The notes under the pieces were generated by a model. It was not told where the DNA came from. It was given only the letters and a program-made list of their open reading frames with translations, and ran no database searches. A stretch of 63,856 nt of DNA, the filler included, from Choristocarpus tenellus KU-1152 (Eukaryota > Protista > Phaeophyceae), in assembly GCA_964200185.2 (NCBI GenBank). It is 8 parts of 8 records of this genome, joined end to end, with 100 filler letters (N's around TTAATTAATTAA, not from the genome) between each part and the next. Parts side by side here need not be neighbours in the genome. Positions count along the whole stretch, not along the records: positions 43,526 to 54,072 come from CAXNAD020002864.1; positions 54,173 to 59,903 come from CAXNAD020009889.1; positions 60,004 to 63,856 come from CAXNAD020017561.1; 5 more parts are not named here. The stretch is one strand, 5' to 3'. Made by a program: the position numbers and the translations under genes. Below are positions 49,549 to 60,472 of the stretch, piece by piece. Within the stretch, counting starts at the first letter, position 1. Every line of letters begins with the position of its first letter.

Positions 49549-51730
49549 ATGCCCTCCCTTCGTGGCACCGCCAGAGACTTGCAACTCTATCCACTAGAAA
49601 AATCCACTTCCTTTACTTTAGACATTGCTCTGGAGGAAGATTGTCGGCGTTGCGACCGAAATGCCCTTGGACCTTTTCCTTCTCAACATCAACCCCCTAG
49701 CATTGTGGCCCTTTGTACGCTCCTTGTCATGCTCACTACGGCATATTCTGGACATGCGATGACACAAGGGATGTCACATTCCCTTAATTCTTTCCATTAT
49801 ATATCCCATAGGATAGCGAGTAGGAGTTACGGTTCATTGCGATCATGGTCAACTGCACAAGGGAGAGACTGGACTTCCATGGTCCTTCAGTCTCGTAGGG
49901 CAACCCTTGTATCGTCGGATCCTGATAAGGCCGAGGATATTGGGGATGTAAATGATGTCGAGGATGACACATTTGTTGCGCCAAAAAGCAGGTGCTACTT
50001 TATGTATCATAGAAGGCGTGACACACTGGGTGCTGAGGTTTAACAGGGAAGGTATCCTTGCCTCACCTCTTTTGAGTCAAATTGCTGAAAGGTATGTGGA
50101 TATGTTCTTTTCGCTGTAATGCTATGCCAGGCTGTGCCAAGCTGATGCTAATGTGGCGCTTCTTGCAAAAGAGTGTGGTTTGGCGAAGGTTGTGCATGAT
50201 GCTAGGCGAGCCCTGGATTCCCGACTCTACCTCGGACTGGATATCAGCACTCGCAGTACTGGTTACACAGTGCTGAGACCAGGGATGGAAGGATCGAGTA
50301 GAAATTGGGATGACGAGAAATCTCTAAAGGAAGCTGGGGAAGCATCTCTTGTAGAGTGGGGGCGCATCACCACTGAGGAGGGTAAGGACATACTTGACTT
50401 TGGAGACATTATCAGACAGCGGTTGGAAGAAGTTGGAGAGCGTTGCTCAGGTGAGACTCACACCATTGAAGGAAAGGGCTAGTTTATCTTCCCACTCTGT
50501 ACTCTCCAACCTTGTCCTAGAAGTGCTCGATTTCAAAGTACTTCGTTTGGTTCTGAGTGCGGAAATTGTTACTACCTCTTGGAAGTACATGTGCACGTGA
50601 GGTGCAATGCACAGAGAAAGGGGGGGAACTGGGCGTGTCAGATGCTGCTCCAAATACAAGCATACTCCTAGAGGCATCCTGTTGCAACTCTCAGGAGATT
50701 AAATTAAGAGAGATTCTGCAAACATTGACAACAGCAAGTTTTGGTTCGTTGTCCAGTTTGTTCGTGAACTAGTGGGAAAAAGCTTGATGTTTGGATTATC
50801 TACCCTTCTATAGAGTCTGTCACTCGGCAAATTCTTGAGGGGCCAATTTGGTCCGTCATTTCCGTTTTGCAGGGCAATACTCCTCGTCATCAGCTCCTTA
50901 ATGTCTGTTGTGCAGACACTCTTTTGTCATGTGCAACACTAACGTTTTAAGTTTTGCTATGCGAGCATTACGTTTTCTGAGGTTTGGAAGTACTGCTACA
51001 TGTATAGTACCTCTCCGAGTAAGGTGGTTTGATGTCGATCAGAGTGAATATTCAACAATTTATATATATATTGAGAAAGAAACACCAGCCTAATTCTCAC
51101 CTGGTACTCTCGTTGGTGAATGGCCTGTAGGGGGTATGGGAGGAAGGGTCTATGCAGGGGCTGAGGAAGGAGGTGAAATTGACAACGGAGATACTGGGAT
51201 GTGGGTAGTTGCTGTGGAGGACTTCATGAAGACTTTCGGACCTGGGCGATTCAACACCAGGTCTCTTTTCACCCTTGCACAACTCAATGGCATTGTCAAG
51301 TATACCTGCCTCAAGGTATGGCATGTTTCAATTTTTTTGTTGTGTTAGTCTTTGGAAATGAATGTCATAGTCACTGTCTCGGTATGGATCTACCAGTATG
51401 CTGTGTTGTGAGACCTGTAGTTATCAAGGTACAGTCAGGTGTGATGGAGATACGTTGTTGGTGCACCCTAGACATGGGCACGGTGTTGAAGTTTTTGCCT
51501 ACAAAGAATAGCTTTGATCCAATGCTGTATTGACCTGTCTGGTTGGTCTTGATGGATTTGAACAAAATCTTCAAATGTACGTTCCACTGCCCTTTGCTTG
51601 TGTCTGGATTGGCAGGAGTTTGGGTCCAAGGCAACAGCTTACCACCCCACCACAGCTAGGGCATTTTATGGCTTGTTGAAGGACAAGGTGAATCACTGAA
51701 AAGTCCTTATATCACAGAGTAGTTGGACTG

Positions 51731-51768
<38 letters not shown>

Positions 51769-52952
51769 CACATTTTCATCCAAACCTACCAGTGTTTGAA
51801 TGGCAGCTGGGTTGGTGGAGGGAGGATTTTCAACGCCGAACTCATGTCATGCGTCATATGAGTGAGGTCATGTAATGGGTCTAAGTGACTCTACTGTTGT
51901 ATGATGTCCTCAACCCTTCAGCCGTGAGATTGTTCCATGCATCCCACACTACGCCCTCCTGCCTACCATTCCCACCTGCCATGCTCCCCGCAGCCCAAGA
52001 ACGCAGACATCAAGCAGGTTGTAAGAGATTTCGTGCTCTCGAGGGAGGGAGGAAGTAGCCTCTTCCGTCGGTATGAATGGCCCACCGAAAAGGATGGCTC
52101 TTTATCCTCCGGCAGTTTTGATGTTACAGATGCTTACCTGGTGGCGAGCTATTCGTGGCATCAGGACATGCTGTCTGCTGTTGTCGCCACAACTGAGCTT
52201 CGAAAAAGGTGTGCTCGAAATTCACGCACATGGCGGGGTGGGGGTGGGGGTGGGGGTGGGGGTGGGGGTCAAACAATATGATTGTAAAGAATGCAGGATC
52301 AGCACTTGGCTTGCCGTGGTGGGGGGGAGGTTTTTGGTTATCTAGGGGAGTGGATAGTGGTGGAGGCTATGTATGAAAGAGATGAAATGTAAATTTAAGG
52401 TTTGTTGAGGAACAGATTGCTGTAAATGGTCTTTGTGAGTTGGTGTGTGCTTGATGCTGTGGCACTACTCTGTCCCTGAGGAGTACAGTGCGGGGATACT
52501 CTATAATTTTTTCCTTTTTTTTTTCTTGCAACGCCTGGAAAAAGCCATCGAACTCGGGGTGTGGTGGTGCTCTGGGCATTCAATTTTGTCCAGAGTAAGT
52601 AACTCAATGTACTGATGCTCAGATATGTAGGCTTTTGTATCGTGCTCTCGTTATGCTCACTCAATTTGGCAGGACAGTGCGTATCACAATGTTATCCTCC
52701 ATCTTCTCAGAGTGGAGTCGCACACAAGCACGGCCCCAGTGAACAATGCATAACGACGCCTGTCCAATACTTCCCTTCACCAGATTTGTCGCAGCATATC
52801 GGTTAGAGCATGCAGAAAGGATAAAGAGGGCAGAGGAGAGAGCTCTAAAGCGCTCCGTTGATGCTGGTGCTCCTGCTGCTGGGAAGGAGAAAACTGAGGC
52901 AAGAGCTGCTACTATTCCCACCTTTGCGGCTGTGTGTGCCTGTTTATTGTGA
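49549..52952 (+). CDS. RuvC-like (RNase H fold) Holliday-junction resolvase with N-terminal extension; at least 6 exons
   Basis: Exons (49549 or 49729)-49991, 50131-50450, 51131-51315, 51616-51687, 51994-52208 and 52784-(52898 GC donor or stop 52952). All junctions between them are GT-AG and in phase. Motifs YLGLDISTRSTGY, WVVAVED, LFTLAQLNGIVKY, YHPTTARAFYG, DIKQVV and FDVTDAYLVA follow the RuvC D-E-DxxD layout. The start codon and 3' end are uncertain. Confidence 0.8.
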
Positions 52953-53021
52953 TCTTCCCCTTTCTTTACTCCCCACCTGTTTGTCAGATTACATTGTCTT
53001 GTTGTCTGCTGGGAAACATCC

Positions 53022-53058
<37 letters not shown>

Positions 53059-53805
53059 ATCTCCCCCCCCCCAACGGGCCTCCCCCTCCCCCCGTGCTTT
53101 TTCTTTTGAAAAAAACCCTTTTTNNNNNNNNNNCATTGTCTTGTTGTCTGCTGGGAAACATCCACCCCCCCCTCCCCCCCTCCCCAACCTCCCTCACAAT
53201 ATCTCCACAGCATGAAGTGTCCTGCTATCACCGAGGTCTTTAATCTGTAGAAAATACCGTTTGGTCTGAGTGCAGTGCACTCTGCCCGACCCCGATCCTC
53301 ATGCAGCAAGCAAGATTTTGGTTGCCATTGTTGGTGATCCATTGTCTATGTTATTTTCAAGTATACCCTCTTCTCCTTCCTCTGCCTGCCGTATCTCAAT
53401 TCTTTTTTAGCTTTCACAGACCTTCTTCTGTGGTTCCTCTAAACCTTACAAGATGCGCTGGTTAGACAAGCGACCAAAAACACAGAAAATAAACCTTGTG
53501 TTCTGTGCTTGCAAGCGCGTGATTCTCCCCTCTATAGACGTGTAGGTTTGTTTTCCTCCTGCCTCCTTCAAGTGCAGGCATCGTTCTCGAGTCGTCAGAG
53601 GGATTGGTGGGTTAGGGACTGCCTTTCAGGCCTGTCGTTTTCTTCACAATAATGACTATGCAATCAACAATATCATATTCTATTCTTCTTTTGCCTTTGA
53701 GGCTTGGACACCCTTTCACTGTTGTGCTGTGGAAGGAGGTTTGAATTCTCCCACAGTGGTCTTCCAGACGAAGGCTAAGCTTGAGTGGTGTGGTTTGATT
53801 GAGCT

Positions 53806-53842
<37 letters not shown>

Positions 53843-54172
53843 TACAGCATTTCAAATAGGGTTAGGGTTTGGTTGATGGAACTGTATGACTAAGATGAAC
53901 ACCATTAAGCGGTAAGTGCATAGCGTGAAACTGATCTCTGCCGTGTTCCGATTTCCAAAGTTGGCAGTAAATGGAAGAATTACAGACATAAGACGTCAGC
54001 CCGCCAGGCTATACCATCCTTCTACTTTTGAACGTTGGTGTGGTGTTGAATTTATTGAATTTATTGACATCCNNNNNNNNNNNNNNNNNNNNNNNNNNNN
54101 NNNNNNNNNNNNNNNNTTAATTAATTAANNNNNNNNNNNNNNNNNNNNNNNNNNNNNNNNNNNNNNNNNNNN

Positions 54173-54195
54173 CCCCCTCCCAGATACTTTGGGTC
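54173..54195. mobile_element. MITE family B terminus at contig start
   Basis: CCCCCTCCCAGATACTTTGGGTC. Confidence 0.6.
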
Positions 54196-55662
54196 TAATC
54201 CCTCTCTGCAGTGAAGACCAGAATAAACAAATATATTTCAACATTTGCGTGTGTGTGCGACGTCTGAGCCCAGAGTCAGACTTCAACAAATAGTAACACG
54301 AGTAATAGTACAACTCAAATTGAGAACTACTACTGCACGGTTTTGTGGATATATTCTAGAACTATCGTCATACACCCCCCTCCCCTTTTTTCCGGCTGTC
54401 GTTCAAAGAGGACAAGAAAGAAAATGATGTATGATTGAAAAACAAAACCAGAAACGGGTAGCCCATATAGAAGTGCTTTCATCTGTGAGGTTTCGAAAAA
54501 CCATTTGTGTATATATATCAACATCAAAGCCAGAGATTAAACGTGCAGATATATGAGGTCAGTGGGTGATAAGATTGAAGTTGAATCATCGGTGTTGTGG
54601 TTTTGAATCATTGAGCGATGATGGATTCTACATTATTTGACAAATGAGCTTACCTACCTTCATGTGGTACCTCTCGTTGCGAAATGGTTGGTTGGATTCG
54701 TGGGCTTAAAGGATCGACTGTTTGGATAACGAAGATAGAGTTCTGGTTACATGATTTGATCGTGTTAAGGATATGTTTGCGTTTGTTGAAGATACAGACC
54801 GGTACAGTGTCAGGTATGGTCGTCATGCTTGCGCGTGTTACGGATGATTTAGAGTTGATGTTTTGTATATATCTAGACAGGATTTTTGTTCTGACATACC
54901 TGTACCAACTTTTAATACAAAAAAAAACATATCGGCACTTTCTCCCCGTCAATATTGGGTCAAGCCCATCCTCAATGAAAGCTCCATCCTCAATTTTTGA
55001 AATCCCCTGTTCATTGTATCTAATAGTAGTACTACTACTGCAACATGGTAAATGGAGAGATCATATATTTTTTTAATTGACGTATATTATGGTAGTGACG
55101 TCCCTTAATCTATGTAGAAGTTGACATCCTTCTGCTCTGATTCAAAACTGAAACACTGATATCTCAACGTCAACTTTCAACTCATCCACCCTCCTCTCTT
55201 GAATTGGGGTCTGATCTTGTGACCCCTCTAGTTACAGATCAGGTAGTCAAATACCATAATGTTGTGGAATATGGGGCAACTTTTTGTAGTTATGGTAATA
55301 AGGGGGTATAGTCAGTTCAACCACAATAACTGACCTATAATGGCTTGTGAGGACGCCACCCCACGTTGGGGCTTACAGCTCTGTTACTTGTCTAAGGAGT
55401 GAGCATAGGTCCTGCCTGTCAAGGACCACATATACCAAATAATGCAAACGCCTTAGCTATGTTGAGAAAACCCTCCATGTTGTGTCTAAACAAGCTTTTT
55501 GTTCGTGAACGTGGCAACCGCGCGGAAAATCCAAACACGGTGGTGCATCCCTCCTTATATTGAGAGGGAAGATGAAATTTTTTGAAAAGGGGTAATGTCA
55601 CTGTTGTTGATATTGTGTCCTTAGTGTAAGTACAGAGGAGGGGACAGCGTCATCTGGTCATC

Positions 55663-56529
55663 ATGGACAACGTAAACAATATGAAGAACAGGAGGACTCT
55701 GGATGATGCGGAAACATTTCTGGCAGAGGTGCATACTGTGGGCTCCGAACCCCTTCTCTATCTGTGACTTGCTTCGTCCAACAATATCGTGGTTCTGTAG
55801 TCTTACTTGATCTAAATATTATCGGCGTACTGGCTAGACCCTATTACCGGTCAACATTTTTTGGAGTAAAGAAGGGACCTTTTTGCTGCTCCTTCGAATT
55901 TTAAGGTCGCGATGTTCGCAACGTGTTGCTTAATGTGGTAACACTTCAGGTAAAGTATCTTGTTTTGCCGCGATTGCACAGGGTATTTACCGATCGCTGA
56001 AGGGTGGCGTTAGGGATGTTGTTGCTGCGACAGATGGCCTGGTGGAAACGCAGGAGAAACTCTTGACCACAATGGGTGGATTGCTGGATGGTGAGTAGTG
56101 AATTCTGAAATCGAAGAAGCCGACCTTCCTAGCGGATACGCATCCTCTGTTCTCCGTTCCGAGTTGGAAGAGATCTGATTACTCTGGATAACACCGTGTA
56201 TCCCTCCTTTCTATTTCCTGTCTAGTTCGGCTTTGTCCTTTGTCCACATTTTAGCTTCTTTGTGATCACTTCCTCCCTCACTCCCGCATTCACAATTCAC
56301 CCTTGACCTTGGCCTAAAATCAGCAGACCTTCGGCAGTATGAGATTGGAGAAAAAGCCCAAGATGTAAATCATGGGGCGGAAAAGATCGGTCAGGCATGT
56401 CTAGTTTTGCCGCGGATCAGAGCACGAGTGGCAGCGTTGCGAGAGAGAGCCCAAAACCTTGAGAATGACATGACGGCAGATAGGCTGAACGTTGTCAATA
56501 GTTTGTCAGGGGATAGCCAGACTCGTTAA
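55663..56529 (+). CDS. Small coiled-coil protein, Snapin/pallidin-like (BLOC-1/BORC subunit), 125 aa, 3 exons
   Basis: Exons 55663-55728, 55982-56090 and 56327-56529 are in phase. Protein: MDNVNNMKNRRTLDDAETFLAEGIYRSLKGGVRDVVAATDGLVETQEKLLTTMGGLLDDLRQYEIGEKAQDVNHGAEKIGQACLVLPRIRARVAALRERAQNLENDMTADRLNVVNSLSGDSQTR. The LAEG...Q..L...K..R.ER pattern and size resemble Snapin. The gene model is more secure than the family call. Confidence 0.6.
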
Positions 56530-59500
56530 AAGATGTCCACAACTTGCATTGGAGCTCTATTCCAGAACATACATACTATATATAGAGAGATAAATCGTTG
56601 GCTCAAAAATTGATTGTCTTGTGTGAAGTTTTTTCACAATTTTTTTTAGGTGTTTCCTTGCCACCCTTCCAGTTGAACAGGTCTAGGGCTATGAAGCCAT
56701 TTTAGTTTGCCACACGAAGGCAGCCACGGTCGTGAAACACAACTGACACCACCTGCTGATGTTTGAGTCAGGAAAGTGGTCTGGCCTAGGATACTCGCCT
56801 TGGTGGTGGTACCTACCTTTATGTTGTTGGTGGGTGTGTGAGACTTGACCCTGAGTGGATACACACCAATTGTTGAACTTTTTTTGGTTTGCACTGCTAG
56901 AGCTGACACCTGTTTGGCTTTAAGAATCGACCACTGGACCTTAATCTTTTTCATTTTGTTTTCATTTCTTCATGTGTACATGCATTTACTGCTTTTTTCT
57001 AACATATATTTTCTCTGTGTTTTTCTCTGGCACTTGTTCTATTCTGCTCTTTTTTGTATCGCCTTTCTGATGGCAGGTCGGAGCAGGCTGTTTGCTCTTT
57101 TCTCTGAATTTCTTTTCCTCTTTCTATGACAAAAGACCCCATTTTTTTAGCACCTTTGCATCATGCATGGAACTGAGAATGTTCTAATCAATTGATACAG
57201 GCCATCTGGAGAAAGAAGTGGTGCGATTTAGTGCAAATATAGACTATCGTTTTGGACAATGCATCCACTGAGGATATTAATGGTACCATGACTTCACTAG
57301 TCTTGAAGGAAAACCGAACCAGACAATGGTCATCGAAGTATCTTGAATCCCTGATACTGTCGACTGCTCTTTGAGCGATTGTTTTTATGGTACATTTTAC
57401 AGCATGGCACCAGACATCAGTACCTAGCCTTTGTTGTTGAGATGTGTCTTTTTGTCAACGTAACTTGTTATGTTTACCACACTAAGTGTACAATCATATC
57501 ATGACGAAGAAATATTGCTTCAGAGATTCTTGCTTTTGAAATGTGCAAAATCTCACCAAGATTGTGTATTCAATATCCTTGACTAACCTGAGTTGCTGAA
57601 AACACAACTTGTTTCGCTACTTATTCCTGTAGCACCATCAATGTAGTGTAATATATGGAGGACTTGAATGCACATACTACAACGGTTCTTAAGGTGAGTC
57701 TAGCTCTCCAGTGGTAATACAACCTAAAGATCCAGCATTACAGCGTAGAATTGCTCTTTTGCTCAGTTGTAGAAGCGCACTTTTGATCTGCATAAAAAGG
57801 CTTAGAGGCAACTGTCTGATACTGCCAGTCATATGAAGGCCAGTCCAATGCTAGTGATAGTGCAAATTGTGTGTAAGTGATTACGAGGTGGTGTCCTGCT
57901 CAAATATACTTCTCTGAAAATTTCAATTCCGACAGGTTTTGGGACAGACTGCTCTGCTGATTTCGTGTGAGCGCCGTTATCACACTTATAATCTTCCACA
58001 AAAACTTGTTCTTGTCAATGAATGCACAAAGCATCGTGCAGAACAGAGGGGCTTTCGGTAAGAACCATTGCCTACCAGCAATACTGAAAAAATATCAATT
58101 ATAGCCTCCATAATTAACGTTTTGACTGTTAAATTTTTGCATTTTTTATCCTACAATGGTGCATGATGAAATCCAGTTCCTTACATGAAAAACAAAAAAT
58201 AGCGAATCGATCAGGGATTTGACCCTGGAATGTCCGTACATAAGCCAGCAGTTGATGTCCAGAAGGAGTACATCACAATAGTGATACTTCACTGTTATAG
58301 TATTTCCATATTTTTATTGGTTCCGCATCAAACCCAGATAATTCATGTGTCCAATTATCAACCTACCATAATAGCTAATATAACAGTACTACAAGAAATC
58401 ACGAAGTCTCACTAGAGAATAATGTTGTGTCCTTGTGTCTTCATAAACACTAGTGTTGGTTTTCCAGCTTCTTGGGATGTGAGTGTCAAACCTGGTTCGT
58501 GTCAGAATATTTCAGGAAAATATGGTTTTGATGGACCTTCTGGCAAGCGCAAAGGAAGGCACACCTGTTTCTTCCTGTCTGTCACTAAACCAAAAAAACC
58601 CCATCAAACCTGAAGGGTTATGGCAGGGATCAATTACGACCCGGCAAGTCTAGCACAACAGTCGAGGGAGGAGGCAGAGCAACGAGTGGTAGGATGGCTG
58701 AATCCAGTGCACAAGAAAAACTTGATGCTCAGATGGGGCAGTGCAAATAGTTGTAGTGCAACAGGTAGTTTGTAGTTCGTTAAAAGAACTACAATGTATA
58801 GTACCGCCAATCCCTGGTTGGGCCTACGTTGGGTTGAGGTAGTGGTTCCTAGTCTCATGCTAAAGTTAAGATAACAACAACATGAAGGCAACACTGCACT
58901 GACTGCACTGTTGATCCTTTTTTTCCCAACCACTTCTTTCCTACTTCCCAGCTCATGTGTAAGGGCTCATCACCAAGAACTGTTGGATGGGTAAATATGG
59001 ACAGAACTTATACTAATATTACATTATTTTGGGGGGTTGGTATTTCATCGTGATTCCAACCACCCAACAGATCGCAGTTACTCGTCTGATTCATCATATC
59101 ACTATGAACAGAACTAGAATGTGTTGTACCGAACAGACCATAAATGCGTATGAAAACGTCACCCTGTGTTTTATGCTTGTACGAGCACACACACACAATG
59201 TAAGACTAGAGGTTCGTATAACTTTGTGGAAACTCACAGGAGGAAGTCCATAATGTTTGAAAGCACTTTCGAGTGCAACCTTGACTCTTTCGGAGCCGCA
59301 CCCTTTGTTTGCCCTTGTCGCAAAAGTCGAAGTTACAGCCACAAGTGTGTTGACCATCGTCATGAACTGTAGTCCTACGAATAAGAACACGGTGTCATAT
59401 AATGCTTCCAGACAAGCTGGCTATAGTGGTCCTTATGGTTAGAAATCGTTCGGAAGATATTTAGCGTGGATTTTGCTCTTCAGAAGTATTCTCGCTATTA

Positions 59501-59644
59501 GATGGAGTACTTAACTTCGCAAGAGATCTTGGTTGCCACTACACCCTCCATGGTCAACGCATATTGCCGCGATTAGATCGAAATGCTGAACTTGCTTTAA
59601 ATGCCACTATAGCCCCCTCACTTAAACCCCACGCTCCCCACACC

Positions 59645-59903
59645 AACGTTGACATTAACCTCTTCCACCGCTCTTATGGCCACGCACACGAGGCATTGCT
59701 CAAGTCCACCGCCACTTCAATGGGCATTATAATTGGTAGGTGAGCTGGAGCCATGTGCGGGCTGCTCTATGAGCAAGGGCATACGGAAGGGCGTTCGGTC
59801 CAGCACGGCTTCAAGGGCGGTAAGAAAGCTGGATCGGGTTTTTGTCGACTTAAGTGGGAAGAGGGCTACCCTTTCAATCGGTGGTAAACAATACACCATG
59901 ATA
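59645..59903 (+). mobile_element. Copia GAG-pre-integrase/integrase fragment (third family), truncated by contig end
   Basis: VDINLFHRSYGHAHE...ELEPCAGCSMSKG...RVFVDLSG...SIGGKQYTMI (HHCC motif and first catalytic Asp), with one frameshift. Confidence 0.9.
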
Positions 59904-60003
59904 NNNNNNNNNNNNNNNNNNNNNNNNNNNNNNNNNNNNNNNNNNNNTTAATTAATTAANNNNNNNNNNNNNNNNNNNNNNNNNNNNNNNNNNNNNNNNN
60001 NNN

Positions 60004-60143
60004 GGTGTCCATTTGGACCAAAATCAGGAAAAGCGCATTTACAGTATCTATCCGACGTATGCAACCAAATAACCCCAAAATCGCGACATACAAAAATTGA
60101 CCCCAAATGGACAGCGGCCACCCCCTCCCAGATACTTTGAGCC
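60004..60143. mobile_element. MITE family B copy, truncated by contig start
   Basis: Close match to 42215-42363, ending CCCAGATACTTTGAGCC. Confidence 0.8.
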
Positions 60144-60472
60144 TGCTACGTCGCTACCTACAAATTCTATGATGAGAACACGTTGAGGCGCTGCTCCAAA
60201 CATATGTTCCATTGTACTTCTCTAACAATCACAAACCTGCTTTGTGGGTTGGACAGATGGTCAGCGCCCAGAACAAGGAAATGCACAATGTAGTGGTGTC
60301 CTGAGGATAATTGAGTGCTACAAAATATATATATATTTGTGCTATATTAGTAGAATATTTATATATAATGATAGTAATAGCTGTAACAATAGTAGTAGTG
60401 ATGGTAGAAGTAATATTATTATTGTGTGTGTGTGTCCTCATCATTGCTCCTTGCTTCCCAACCCCATTTCAG

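Noticed and set aside
50131-52208. Fanzor/TnpB or Cas12-type RNA-guided nuclease interpretation of the RuvC-like gene
   Set aside because: There is no CxxC zinc finger, no RDxNAAxN motif, no obvious REC/WED region and no transposon ends. The compact D-E-DxxD layout fits a stand-alone resolvase.
52992-53190. Direct repeat with poly-C and poly-Pro/Gly ORFs around the 10-N gap
   Set aside because: The same sequence occurs on both sides of a scaffold gap with degraded homopolymers, indicating an assembly overlap artefact.
59238-59367. Possible minus-strand exon (…ALESAFKHYGLPP|gtgag)
   Set aside because: Two frames are open, and no partner exons or family could be identified.
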